DNA of 64,000 nucleotides from a virus, in IMG/VR virus record IMGVR_UViG_3300025280_000022; one strand, 5' to 3'. Position 1 is the stretch's first letter. Each line of letters opens with the position of its first letter. Position numbers and translations under genes: made by a program. Positions 29,041 to 37,723 of this stretch are shown piece after piece. The notes under the pieces were generated by a model that ran no database searches, had not been told where the DNA came from, and saw only the letters and a list, made by a program, of their open reading frames with translations.

Positions 29041-29622
29041 ATGAAAATTAATCCTCAAGAAATCACCGATTACAAACGCACGACTGACGAACTGGAATTT
29101 TTCCTATTGTTCTGCGTGGTCGTTGCAGGTAAGACCTCCGACATTCAAGCTCGCAAGCTGGAGCAATGGTATGATGCTCGTTTTTATCAATGGCATTCTC
29201 CGTTCGATTATATCTCTAGTCTATTGAGTTCGGGTTTGCGTGGGTCTCTCGAAAACGTCAAGATGGGGCAGTATGGTCGTCTTGTTAACTCTTTTCGGGA
29301 TATAGTCTATCTTGGGCTTGACCTCAAGAAATGCTCGTTGCATGACCTATGCAAGATTCGTGGCATAAAGTTTAAGACGGCAAACTTTTTCCTGACTCAC
29401 TCAAGAAAGGATTACAATGTCCCTGTGTTGGACACTCATGTTCTTAAATTCTTGAAAGCTCAAGGAGTTAAAGATGTTCCCAAGGCTACGCCACAAGACG
29501 AAACGGATTACAATTTCTTTGCAGACCAGTTTGCCGAGATTGCCAAGGCGATGAAGATGTCCGTGGCAGACCTTGACCTTCAGGTTTGGAAACAATACTC
29601 AAAATCAACCATAAAGGCATAA
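29041..29622 (+). CDS. HhH-GPD superfamily DNA glycosylase (Ogg-like)
   Basis: LCKIRGIKFKTANFFL (HhH), VLDTHVLKFL, DL.VW; leaderless promoter at 29007. Confidence 0.8.
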   Translation: MKINPQEITDYKRTTDELEFFLLFCVVVAGKTSDIQARKLEQWYDARFYQWHSPFDYISSLLSSGLRGSLENVKMGQYGRLVNSFRDIVYLGLDLKKCSLHDLCKIRGIKFKTANFFLTHSRKDYNVPVLDTHVLKFLKAQGVKDVPKATPQDETDYNFFADQFAEIAKAMKMSVADLDLQVWKQYSKSTIKA

Positions 29623-29623
29623 C

Positions 29624-29833
29624 ATGATTGCAGAACCAGTAATGGAACCTTCCCTCTACGAACTCAAGTTGGCGTCCAAGACCTATGACCCAACCTATGA
29701 TGTGGAGTGGAACGAAGATGTGGACGCATGGACAACTCGTTTCGTTGACCACTACAACAAGGATGACACCATCGACTATATGTTTAATTCTAAAGAAAAA
29801 GCCGAGGAATTGCTTCTTCAGTTAATTTCATAA
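29624..29833 (+). CDS. hypothetical protein
   Basis: ORF track. Confidence 0.55.
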   Translation: MIAEPVMEPSLYELKLASKTYDPTYDVEWNEDVDAWTTRFVDHYNKDDTIDYMFNSKEKAEELLLQLIS

Positions 29834-29882
29834 AAAACAAAAAAAGGCTTGACTTTAAGTCCAGACCTGTCATACTTTATAT

Positions 29883-31070
29883 ATGATAAAACTTGAAACA
29901 CTATACAAGGTAGATTCCGTGGGGAAGCTACGAGAATGGACAATGGTAATTGACAGCAATTCTTACCATGCCGTAAAAGGACTTGTGGACGGCAAGAAAA
30001 CCACAGACAAACCAAGAGTTGCCATTGGCAAAAACATTGGTCGCACAAATGCAACAACCAATGAAGAACAAGCGGGACTTGAGGCACAATCTCGTTGGGA
30101 AAAGAAATTGAAAGCAGGTTACGCCCAGACTCTCAAAGGAGCAGAGTCGAAAAAATTCTACGAACCGATGCTCGCCCAAAAGTTTGAGGACAGAGAAGCA
30201 ACATTGGAATATCCAGTTTATTCGCAACCAAAACTTGATGGGATTAGGTGCATCGTTCAGAAGAAGAATGGTAAGATTGTCTCACACACAAGAACTGGTC
30301 GCGAGATTGAAACAATTCCCCATATCCTTGAGGAACTGAAGTTTTTCTTTGACCTGTATCCAAACGCTGTTCTTGATGGCGAACTATACAATCACGCCCT
30401 AAAGAGCGATTTCAACAAGATTGTTTCCCTTGTGAGAAAGCAAGTGCCTGTTCGTTCTGAAAAGCAAACAGATAAGGCTTTTGCCAAAAAGGTGCAAGCC
30501 TTTAAGGAACGCATGGTAGAAGCAAAGGCAATGATTCAGTACTGGGTTTATGATTGTCCACGCATAGGGGAACTAGATGAATCAAACACATTTGCCGAAA
30601 GGTTTGAAAAGGTGTCGAACCAATTTGAATTGGGCAATCCTTTTCCAGACGGAATTGTGCTTGTGCCTACCGAAAACATTTCGGACAAGGAAACTCTTGA
30701 CGAATTTTATGCAGAGTGGCTCAAGAAAGGGTTTGAAGGTCAGATGGTTCGCAAGGATGCCTCATATGAAAACAAGCGGAGTGCTACCCTTTTGAAGCGT
30801 AAAGAGTTTACGGATGCGGAGTATAAGGTGCTTGATATTGAAGAAGGCGATGGCAATCGTACTGGAACTGTAAAGCATTTGGTATGCTATTGCCCCACAA
30901 CGGACAGAACCTTCAATTCCAACGTCAAGGGCAACTTTGAATATCTCAAGGAGATTCTGGACAATCGAGAATATTATATCGGTCAACTCGCAACCATAAA
31001 GTTTTTTGAGTTGACTCCTGATGGGATTCCTCGCTTTCCGTTTGCCATAGCATTTAGGGATTATGAATAA
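29883..31070 (+). CDS. ATP-dependent DNA ligase (copy 2)
   Basis: PKLDGIRC, LDGELY, EGQMVR, LLKRK, PRFP; collinear paralog of 12847; leaderless promoter 29849. Confidence 0.93.
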   Translation: MIKLETLYKVDSVGKLREWTMVIDSNSYHAVKGLVDGKKTTDKPRVAIGKNIGRTNATTNEEQAGLEAQSRWEKKLKAGYAQTLKGAESKKFYEPMLAQKFEDREATLEYPVYSQPKLDGIRCIVQKKNGKIVSHTRTGREIETIPHILEELKFFFDLYPNAVLDGELYNHALKSDFNKIVSLVRKQVPVRSEKQTDKAFAKKVQAFKERMVEAKAMIQYWVYDCPRIGELDESNTFAERFEKVSNQFELGNPFPDGIVLVPTENISDKETLDEFYAEWLKKGFEGQMVRKDASYENKRSATLLKRKEFTDAEYKVLDIEEGDGNRTGTVKHLVCYCPTTDRTFNSNVKGNFEYLKEILDNREYYIGQLATIKFFELTPDGIPRFPFAIAFRDYE

Positions 31071-31308
31071 AACGAAGGACGAACTAACGCCAGAAGATCT
31101 TAAGGTCATACTTGATGTGCTTAACGTCTATGACCCTAATGATATCAAACACGTTTATTCGGCTATGGGTTCCCAGGAGTTTATAGCTGAAGTTAACGAC
31201 ACGTTTCAGAAAGTGTTATCCTTTGTAAAAAAAGGATTGACTCTTCGATCAAATCTGTCAAACTCAATACATGGAAATTCAACAACAGATTGCGATTGGC
31301 TCAAATGA
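31063..31308 (+). CDS. hypothetical protein
   Basis: ORF track. Confidence 0.5.
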   Translation: MNKTKDELTPEDLKVILDVLNVYDPNDIKHVYSAMGSQEFIAEVNDTFQKVLSFVKKGLTLRSNLSNSIHGNSTTDCDWLK

Positions 31309-31489
31309 AGTTGCCAACCTTATTGAACTGCACCAAGACCTATTAGAAGATAACGATAAGATTTGCCAAATCGTCCACATAGGTCGTTGCAGTCTAGAGT
31401 TTTTTATGGCATCTGGTAATGACACAAGAGCATTGTATGAGGTGCTTAATACCAGAATAAAACTTATGGAGTTTCTGGGCTTAATGTAA
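31271..31489 (+). CDS. hypothetical protein
   Basis: Leaderless after TTGACT-16-CAAACT. Confidence 0.6.
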   Translation: MEIQQQIAIGSNEVANLIELHQDLLEDNDKICQIVHIGRCSLEFFMASGNDTRALYEVLNTRIKLMEFLGLM

Positions 31490-31496
31490 TTTATTT

Positions 31497-31583
31497 GCCC
31501 GAGTGGTGGAATGGTAGACACTACGGACTTAAAATCCGTTGCCCCAACAAGGCGTGAGGGTTCGACTCCCTCCTTGGGCACCA
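31497..31583 (+). tRNA. tRNA-Leu(TAA)
   Basis: GCCCGAG/CTTGGGC acceptor, ACGGA-CTTAAAA-TCCGT, long variable arm, GGTTCGACTCC, CCA. Confidence 0.95.
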
Positions 31584-31586
31584 AGC

Positions 31587-31630
31587 AATTGACTCTATAA
31601 GCGGTCTGGCGGCTGGGCGCCCCGCCCCCG
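31587..31630. repeat. GC-rich element, half copy directly after tRNA-Leu
   Basis: ACTCTATAAGCGGTCT-GGCGGCTGGGCGCCCCGCCCCCG. Confidence 0.7.
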
Positions 31631-31700
31631 AAAAAAGTCAAGCGCAAAAAAGATTATTTTTTCCGTTGACATTGCCCCTAATTCTGTCATTATTGTAAGC

Positions 31701-32474
31701 ATGAACCTATTATCGACACCAAGTAAGATGCCGTCCTATTCCTTTAACATTCCAGCGTTAAAGTATTGCCCTGCCGCCAAAATCATCCTGAACCTTGCCA
31801 AGAAAGCAAAGGAAGCAATGGACAAGATCATTTGCTCAAGTTGTTATGCCTGTAAAGGCTTTTACATGATGCCCAATGTTGCCCAAGCTCTCCAGAACAA
31901 GGCTGATTTCATCACGAAGTCCATCCGTGAAGATGGCGGTGATTCTTTTGTGGCGGAGATGGTGAAGCAGATCCGAGCAAAGTATTACAAACCAAACGGA
32001 GAAAAGAAAAAGCTCAAGAATTGCGACACCGACCTTTTTCGTGTCCATGACGCTGGCGACCTATTTTCTGGTGCGTATATAAATTGTTGGATAAGAATCT
32101 GCGATGCGTTGCCCGATATTCGTTTTTGGTTTCCGACACGTGAGCATGTCCGCGTAGACCAAATGCCTCATTTGCATCAATTAGCTTTATTGCCAAATGT
32201 TTGTCTTAAACCTTCCGCTTTACGCTTGGACGAACCCGCTCCGAAGATTAAAGGATTAGATGCTGGCACTGCCGTTTATACATCCGAGGAAAAAGCGGTT
32301 GCCGATGGTCATTACATTTGCCCTGCCACAATCCACGCCTATCGTCTTGGCAAAAAAGCATGGCGGAAAGTTGAGAAAAAAGAGAGGGCTAAACTTTCGT
32401 CTTGCAAAGGCAATGGATGTAAGCTATGCTTTATTAAAGGTTGCAATAAGGGTATTGCATACATGGCACACTAA
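31701..32474 (+). CDS. GP88-like Cys-rich phage protein
   Basis: SKMP..SF.IPA...CP, C..CYA.KG.Y, FRVHDAGD, FWFPTRE, C-terminal Cys cluster. Confidence 0.75.
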   Translation: MNLLSTPSKMPSYSFNIPALKYCPAAKIILNLAKKAKEAMDKIICSSCYACKGFYMMPNVAQALQNKADFITKSIREDGGDSFVAEMVKQIRAKYYKPNGEKKKLKNCDTDLFRVHDAGDLFSGAYINCWIRICDALPDIRFWFPTREHVRVDQMPHLHQLALLPNVCLKPSALRLDEPAPKIKGLDAGTAVYTSEEKAVADGHYICPATIHAYRLGKKAWRKVEKKERAKLSSCKGNGCKLCFIKGCNKGIAYMAH

Positions 32475-32554
32475 ACAAAAGGAAAAAATGATAGAAGTGA
32501 CGGGGTTTTTAGTTATTATTTTAATGTATTACGTTTTTCTTTCAGGACAATAAA

Positions 32555-32752
32555 ATGACTATATTAGACACACCAGAAGCAATTGATGGTTTTCGTGTTC
32601 GGGTTTTGCTCCGTGCGCTCAAGTTAGAGTGTCTTGGAATGAAAAGGGGAGGACAGTCCGTCTATAGCATCGTCAAGAATGAGTTTGGGTTCAAGGGCAA
32701 TAAGCAAAAGGTCTACGCCCAACTGGAGGAATGGATCAACGACAATCCGTGA
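32555..32752 (+). CDS. hypothetical protein
   Basis: ALKLE..GMKR...S.Y..VK..FG.KG pattern. Confidence 0.65.
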   Translation: MTILDTPEAIDGFRVRVLLRALKLECLGMKRGGQSVYSIVKNEFGFKGNKQKVYAQLEEWINDNP

Positions 32753-33111
32753 GGAGCTTAATAACATTACTTTTTTTGAGCGTCTCACTTTTTGGGGAGT
32801 TAAGAAATAGGCACGTTGCCGAGGAATGGAACAGTCGCGCAATAAATATTGAGCGGAGCGTATTTTCCCAACAAAATGCGTGGCACTACTTAAGTTGGTT
32901 TGGGGTGTATTATCAAACCGAGGAGTGGTGGATTTATCATTGCGAAAAGGGTTGGCTTTATCCTGAAGGCGATAATAATCTGGGGGCTTGGTTTTACTGG
33001 GAAAAGACAAATACTTGGATTTGGATGCGTGCTGATGTATATCCTCTGGCCTGGAATAGTGGCACACAGGCATGGTTTAATTTTTGTGGTGACCCGCTAG
33101 CCCAGTCATAG
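32749..33111 (+). CDS. secreted Trp-rich domain protein
   Basis: GTG start overlapping previous stop; signal peptide then W..SWFG.Y....WWIYH..KGWLY....G.WFYW....W.W....YP. Confidence 0.7.
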   Translation: MRSLITLLFLSVSLFGELRNRHVAEEWNSRAINIERSVFSQQNAWHYLSWFGVYYQTEEWWIYHCEKGWLYPEGDNNLGAWFYWEKTNTWIWMRADVYPLAWNSGTQAWFNFCGDPLAQS

Positions 33112-33170
33112 AGCGGGCTGGCGGCTAGGCGCCCAGGCCGCCCCGCGGCAGGCCGCATAAACACTGGGCT
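33099..33170. repeat. bipartite GC-rich element
   Basis: AGCCCAGTCATAGAGCGGGCT (33099) and AGGCCGCATAAACACTGGGCT (33150). Confidence 0.92.
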
Positions 33171-33249
33171 CACGGGCGACACTTAAAAAAACTTTATTTT
33201 TTATGATTTAAGGGTTGACTTTACCTGTATACCTGTCATACTTAAAGGC

Positions 33250-33393
33250 ATGAATAGTAAAGAAAGAATGAATGAATGGAAAAAGCTTCCTGCGAATACT
33301 ATTGCGTGGGAAACTTTTAAACGTCTTGTCGGTCAATTCGGCAGGGACGAAGGGATCAAGAAAGCGCAAAAGATTATTGCAAAAAAGTCTTGA
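33250..33393 (+). CDS. small hypothetical protein
   Basis: 47 aa, leaderless after TTGACT(33215)-16-CATACT. Confidence 0.6.
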   Translation: MNSKERMNEWKKLPANTIAWETFKRLVGQFGRDEGIKKAQKIIAKKS

Positions 33394-33423
33394 CAAAAAC
33401 CACTAATCTGTCAAACTAGACCC

Positions 33424-33576
33424 ATGAGTAAAAGATATATAGAACAGAACAAAACCTCCAAGTATGCCACAAAGTATTCTCACACAGGCAAACTGCCGTT
33501 GGTTCAATCATTAACCGATCCAAATGTCATGGTGCGTCCGAAGGTTCGCACCGCCCAAGAAAAGAACAAGAAATGA
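33424..33576 (+). CDS. small basic hypothetical protein
   Basis: Leaderless after TTGACA(33390)-16-CAAACT. Confidence 0.55.
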   Translation: MSKRYIEQNKTSKYATKYSHTGKLPLVQSLTDPNVMVRPKVRTAQEKNKK

Positions 33577-33872
33577 AAGACAACGACATAGTAGTTTATA
33601 AACTCCTCGATGAGTTTAATCGCTCAAGGGAAGCAATCGTTCAATTTTTGCGTAACAAAGGATTCTCCTGCGAGCAAGCCCACGCAAAGATCATGCGCTA
33701 TCAAAGCGAAACCCAGATTGCCTATCGTGAATTTAAGAACACAGGCTTTACCGATGGCGGTGTCCAGTTTACGATGGAAGACGACCAAAAGGATTTTGGG
33801 AAAGATTATTTTAAACCCGAAGAAAAGATAAAAATTAACTTGGATGATATTGGGGAATTCCCACAATTGTAA
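33573..33872 (+). CDS. hypothetical protein
   Basis: ATGA overlap. Confidence 0.6.
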   Translation: MKDNDIVVYKLLDEFNRSREAIVQFLRNKGFSCEQAHAKIMRYQSETQIAYREFKNTGFTDGGVQFTMEDDQKDFGKDYFKPEEKIKINLDDIGEFPQL

Positions 33873-33874
33873 GC

Positions 33875-34123
33875 ATGAATAAACTAGAAAACGCTCTCGC
33901 TTGTCTCGGCATTGATCCCAGCACTTTTGAAGAATGGAAAGCTGATGTCGGGACTGACAAACTTGTTGCGGAAAATGGATTGCTCAAGACTACGGACGAA
34001 GATGTGCGTGATGAACTTGGGCAACTCGATACATCAGTCGAGGATGATCCGATAGACGAAGATGACGAAAACCAAGTAGACATGGATGTGCTGTCTCCAC
34101 ACATGAGAGAGGTATACCAGTAA
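33875..34123 (+). CDS. acidic protein, paralog of 42253
   Basis: DPIDEDDE.Q.DMD motif. Confidence 0.7.
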   Translation: MNKLENALACLGIDPSTFEEWKADVGTDKLVAENGLLKTTDEDVRDELGQLDTSVEDDPIDEDDENQVDMDVLSPHMREVYQ

Positions 34124-34384
34124 TGTGGGCGTTACCCTTAATCTGTGTAGTTATCTATGCTTACTTAATAGTATTGGTTATTGGATCAAATGCAAACGAT
34201 TGACACTGTAGAAACTAATCCCGAAATACGAGAGATGAATCTGACTTATAGGCAACTTGTTGATCATCTTCTCGACTTGCTCAATCACGGCACGAAGGAC
34301 GAAAAGAATGAGGCTTACGAAAAGCTGATGGCGATTTGTCCCAAGCGGGTTTAAATATCAAATAAGGCTTTTGTCGTGGTTTGC

Positions 34385-34419
34385 GCCTCGTCGGGGTTGG
34401 TGGTTCTCCTCGGCGAGGC
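34385..34419 (+). other. hairpin with invariant TTGGTGGTTCT loop (copy 1)
   Basis: 12-bp stem GCCTCGTCGGGG/CCTCGGCGAGGC. Confidence 0.8.
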
Positions 34420-34423
34420 CCTT

Positions 34424-34495
34424 ACCCCGCATGAACACTGGGCTGGAGAGGGGCGGCCTCCCCCGCCCGCCGCCAGCCCGCATGGATACTGGGCT
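34424..34495. repeat. bipartite GC-rich element
   Basis: Boxes at 34424 and 34475; followed by TTATGTATAG copies. Confidence 0.9.
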
Positions 34496-34662
34496 GGTGG
34501 GTGATGCGCGCCCTTATGTATAGAGCCTTATTAACATCTTATGTATAGTGTGCCCAGCACCTGGGCTTTTCCCCCGAAAAAAAGTTAAAAAAACTCTTGA
34601 CTTCACAAAAATTTCTGTCATACTATAACTATAATTAAGATTAACCATCAGCCCAAAAAAAC

Positions 34663-34881
34663 ATGACCATCGCCCAACTCGCCCACCAAGATTCCACCGA
34701 ACTCACCGTTGCCCTTTTGGGGTTTGACGCTTGGCTCGCCGACACCGCACCCACTTCCGAGGAGTGGGACAAAATCCTTCACGACATGCAGGCCGAGGAT
34801 GACGCCCACCGTGAAAATGTCTTGCTCAAAGACAATACCGAATTTTCGATGCCTACTGCCAAGGAACTTCGCAGCTGGTAA
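34663..34881 (+). CDS. acidic hypothetical protein
   Basis: After promoter TTGACT...TGTCATACT (~34597-34624). Confidence 0.65.
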   Translation: MTIAQLAHQDSTELTVALLGFDAWLADTAPTSEEWDKILHDMQAEDDAHRENVLLKDNTEFSMPTAKELRSW

Positions 34882-34902
34882 AACCTCAACCCAAGAAAAA
34901 TC

Positions 34903-35175
34903 ATGCTCGACTTGAGTAACGTAGAAAAAATCACCGACCCAGAGGTCATCGCGCAGGACGCGTTCGACGCGGGTTGGGAGGGACGTCTCTCCTGTAACAT
35001 GCCCGCGCAGTATGCGGACGTGGGCAACAACTGGCGCATCTGGGCAGACGAATGGCAGTCTGGTCATCGTGACGCGCAGGACGATGTCGCCTACTATCGG
35101 GCGGACGCGCAGGGGCCAGACGCGACTGGCCAGAGTGACTGGGCGATGGATCAGTTCGTGGACGAGTCGCTTTAG
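34903..35175 (+). CDS. acidic hypothetical protein
   Basis: AFDAGWEG...P..Y......W..G; stop overlaps box edge. Confidence 0.65.
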   Translation: MLDLSNVEKITDPEVIAQDAFDAGWEGRLSCNMPAQYADVGNNWRIWADEWQSGHRDAQDDVAYYRADAQGPDATGQSDWAMDQFVDESL

Positions 35176-35245
35176 TTGGCTCTATTACTGGGCTGGCGGG
35201 CGGCGGGCCCTCCCGCCCCGCTCCAGGCCGCTCTATGACTGGGCT
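35174..35245. repeat. bipartite GC-rich element (inverted orientation)
   Basis: Boxes at 35174 and 35225. Confidence 0.92.
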
Positions 35246-35332
35246 GGCGGGCGAAAGTTTTTTAAAAAAACGCTTGACATCCTACCCCTATAGTATATTA
35301 TTGAAGGTAGTTAATTGAAAGACTTTTATTGT

Positions 35333-35478
35333 GGGGTCGTAGCTCAGATAGGTGAGAGCACCAGTCTACGCCAAGGGGGTTGATCTCCCCGAAACTCGCC
35401 AAGCATGAGGTACCGCTTGCAAGGTTGGGGGAAGCGATAATAGACTGGAGGTCGAGGGTTCGAGTCCCTCCGATCCCT
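35333..35478 (+). ncRNA. tRNA-like RNA with ~70-nt insertion in the anticodon loop
   Basis: Acceptor GGGGTCG/CGATCCC, D arm GCTC/GAGC, anticodon stem CCAGT/ACTGG, T arm GAGGG-TTCGAGT-CCCTC; own promoter TTGACA(35274). Confidence 0.85.
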
Positions 35479-35619
35479 GCTTTTTCTGTAGATCGAAAGA
35501 TTGAACAACGAGGCGTCAGCACACGCCTACAACCCTTCGGGGAGAGAGAAAAAGGTTCACAATTTAGTTGACATCTCGCACTTTTTACTGTAAAATTATC
35601 TTAAATCAAAATTAAAACC

Positions 35620-35901
35620 ATGGAATACCATAGCATTAAAGTTATCGACCGTTGGAATCAAGATGAAGACGGCAACCATCTGGAAGTAAGAGTGGGAATG
35701 TCTGCACCATCTGCGCAGGACGCAGTTGACTATATCGCAGACGCTTTCAATGTTCGCCCCGAAGACAAGCGTTACCTAGTTTTGTCCCAAGAGGATGAAA
35801 AGCGTATGTACGCTGAATTTAGCGACTCAATCGAAAGCGCAACCTTTGGAGGGTATGAGTTAGCTGATGGGTTGGCTTTTGCTTACGACATAGACGACTA
35901 A
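35620..35901 (+). CDS. acidic hypothetical protein
   Basis: After TTGACA...TAAAAT promoter. Confidence 0.65.
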   Translation: MEYHSIKVIDRWNQDEDGNHLEVRVGMSAPSAQDAVDYIADAFNVRPEDKRYLVLSQEDEKRMYAEFSDSIESATFGGYELADGLAFAYDIDD

Positions 35902-35908
35902 TTGCTCT

Positions 35909-35980
35909 GATTGGCTCTATCATTGGGCTGGCGGGCGGCGCTCTCCTCCGCCCCGCTCCAGCCCGCTCTATGACTGGGCT
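35909..35980. repeat. bipartite GC-rich element (inverted orientation)
   Basis: Boxes at 35909 and 35960. Confidence 0.9.
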
Positions 35981-36070
35981 GGAGGTCGATAAAAAACGAA
36001 AAAACTCTTGACTTTGTTTAATTTTCTGTCATACTTTATATAAAGATTAACATTATTAAGATAAAAAACC

Positions 36071-36337
36071 ATGAGTAACCACGACCAAGCATACATTGAA
36101 AAGTTTCAATCCGAAGACACCACCTACAATGGGTGGAAGAATCATGCCACCTGGAATGTCGCCCTTTGGATTGGTAGCGACCAAGGGCTGTATGAATTTG
36201 CCAAGGAGTGTGGCGACTACGACACCTTCAAAGATTCTTTGCGTGATGTCGGCCAACTGGAAACGCCCGACCGAGTTGCCTATAACGATTCGGCTCTCGA
36301 CCTCGAAAGCCTTAACGAATATATCAGCGAATTATAA
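36071..36337 (+). CDS. conserved phage hypothetical protein
   Basis: YNGWKN.ATWNVALWI..D.GLY...TPD.V pattern. Confidence 0.75.
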   Translation: MSNHDQAYIEKFQSEDTTYNGWKNHATWNVALWIGSDQGLYEFAKECGDYDTFKDSLRDVGQLETPDRVAYNDSALDLESLNEYISEL

Positions 36338-36374
36338 CTTGACAAAAACCTCAAATTAGTACATTATTGTTACC

Positions 36375-36707
36375 ATGAAAACATTCGATGATTTAGCATT
36401 CGCAGTCCATCCCAACGTGGATGGTGGTTTAATGGCTCGCCTTGACCTTGGCGACTATCAAGTTTCCGTTGTGACCATGCGAGGCAAGAAGCCCCAGTAT
36501 GGTGGACTCTATGGTTCCCAAGCCGAAGGCACTTATGAAGTTGCCGTTTTTGCCAACACCGAAGGTGTCGATGGTAAGGATATGGTTCACCTGTCGGAGT
36601 GGGATGACGTTCTCGGCTGGCAATCGCCCGAACAGATTACCGCCATCATGGCGAAAATCCAAGAGGGTAATGGTGCAAGCCTAAATCAACCCCAAGCTGT
36701 TTGGTAA
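36375..36707 (+). CDS. conserved phage hypothetical protein
   Basis: KTFDDL.F..H...Y.VSVV...YG....YEVAV...DDVLGW; leaderless promoter 36339. Confidence 0.75.
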   Translation: MKTFDDLAFAVHPNVDGGLMARLDLGDYQVSVVTMRGKKPQYGGLYGSQAEGTYEVAVFANTEGVDGKDMVHLSEWDDVLGWQSPEQITAIMAKIQEGNGASLNQPQAVW

Positions 36708-36825
36708 AATGATTGCTTCCTCAATTGCTGTTTTGATTGTTTCGCTTGCTTATCTCGGCATTGGTTTAATAGGCACAGGCATCTCCATCTTAATGCGCAA
36801 CAAATAAATTTTTGGTGACATGGTT

Positions 36826-36864
36826 AACCCGTCGAGGTTGGTGGTTCTCCTCGGCGGGTTTTTT
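36826..36864 (+). terminator. terminator hairpin with TTGGTGGTTCT loop (copy 2)
   Basis: AACCCGTCGAGG/CCTCGGCGGGTT plus T-tract. Confidence 0.85.
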
Positions 36865-36871
36865 GTTTTTG

Positions 36872-36925
36872 GGTCAAATATCGTATTGTTGGCCAAATAT
36901 CGTATCGTTGGTCAAATATCGCGTT
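36872..36925 (+). repeat. tandem 19-bp repeat x3 GGYCAAATATCG(TATYGTT)
   Basis: Units at 36872, 36891, 36910. Confidence 0.85.
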
Positions 36926-36957
36926 GGTGGTTCAACTGCATCGGCTCAAGCTAATGC

Positions 36958-37099
36958 TTATGCATAGTGATCTATGTATAGTCTATGCATAACGTTTTAT
37001 GTATAGCGTTTTGAGTCATCGCCCGCTAGCCCAGTGATAGAGCGGGCTGCAGCGGGGCGGGGGGGCCCGCCGCCCGCCAGCCCAGTGTTCATGCGGGTT
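36958..37099. repeat. TTATG(T/C)ATAG array plus bipartite GC element
   Basis: Four 10-mers 36958-37006; boxes at 37028 and 37079. Confidence 0.9.
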
Positions 37100-37233
37100 G
37101 CGGGGTGGTCATTAGAATTTCTCCGCCTCGTATTAGTTTTTCTCATACGTGCATAATCGCACAATTTTTCCCTTGCGGTTTTGGGAAATGTCTATATTCT
37201 TATAGGTATAGAATCAAACTAGAAAAGAAAATT

Positions 37234-37428
37234 ATGACAAAAGAAACACTCGCCTTAATCATATCCGACAATTTTGAACAAGCAAAGCGTGGAGATGCCT
37301 TTGCGATTTCTGCCATTATCGGAGCGAATGATGAATTGGAGAAAATCAAGCAACTTGAAAAAGACATTGCTTTTGCCCAGATCGTGAAGGGTGAAATTGA
37401 GTGGGAAAAAAACCTAGAAAGTGCTTGA
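37234..37428 (+). CDS. hypothetical protein
   Basis: ATG 37234 after A-rich leader. Confidence 0.6.
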   Translation: MTKETLALIISDNFEQAKRGDAFAISAIIGANDELEKIKQLEKDIAFAQIVKGEIEWEKNLESA

Positions 37429-37492
37429 CATTTTCGGCAATCTCATATAAAATTGTAGTATATTAAAATTAAGAACCACAAAAGAAAAAACC

Positions 37493-37684
37493 ATGCACCA
37501 CCTAAAAGTAGATATTGTCGATCCTGACACCAACACAATTCTCAAGTCCAACGTCAACATGACAACTGACGGCAAGCTCTCCGTTTGCGAGATGAATGAC
37601 CTCCTCTTTGCCCAAGGTGGCAATGTTTTTCGGGTTGTCGAAGTTGTTGAACGAGATCCATTTCTCCCTTGGAAATTGTTTTAA
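37493..37684 (+). CDS. hypothetical protein
   Basis: Promoter plus AACCATG context. Confidence 0.6.
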   Translation: MHHLKVDIVDPDTNTILKSNVNMTTDGKLSVCEMNDLLFAQGGNVFRVVEVVERDPFLPWKLF

Positions 37685-37723
37685 GGGCTTGACAATTTAA
37701 CCCTTTCCCCTCATACTAGAACC

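Noticed and set aside
35333-35478. tmRNA or group I intron-containing tRNA
   Set aside because: It has a full D stem (absent in tmRNA), no G3:U70 or tag ORF, and the 70-nt insert is far too short for a group I/II intron.
35380-35571. 63-aa ORF overlapping the tRNA-like RNA
   Set aside because: TTG start inside a structured RNA and no protein features; the same applies to 31279-31647 over tRNA-Leu.
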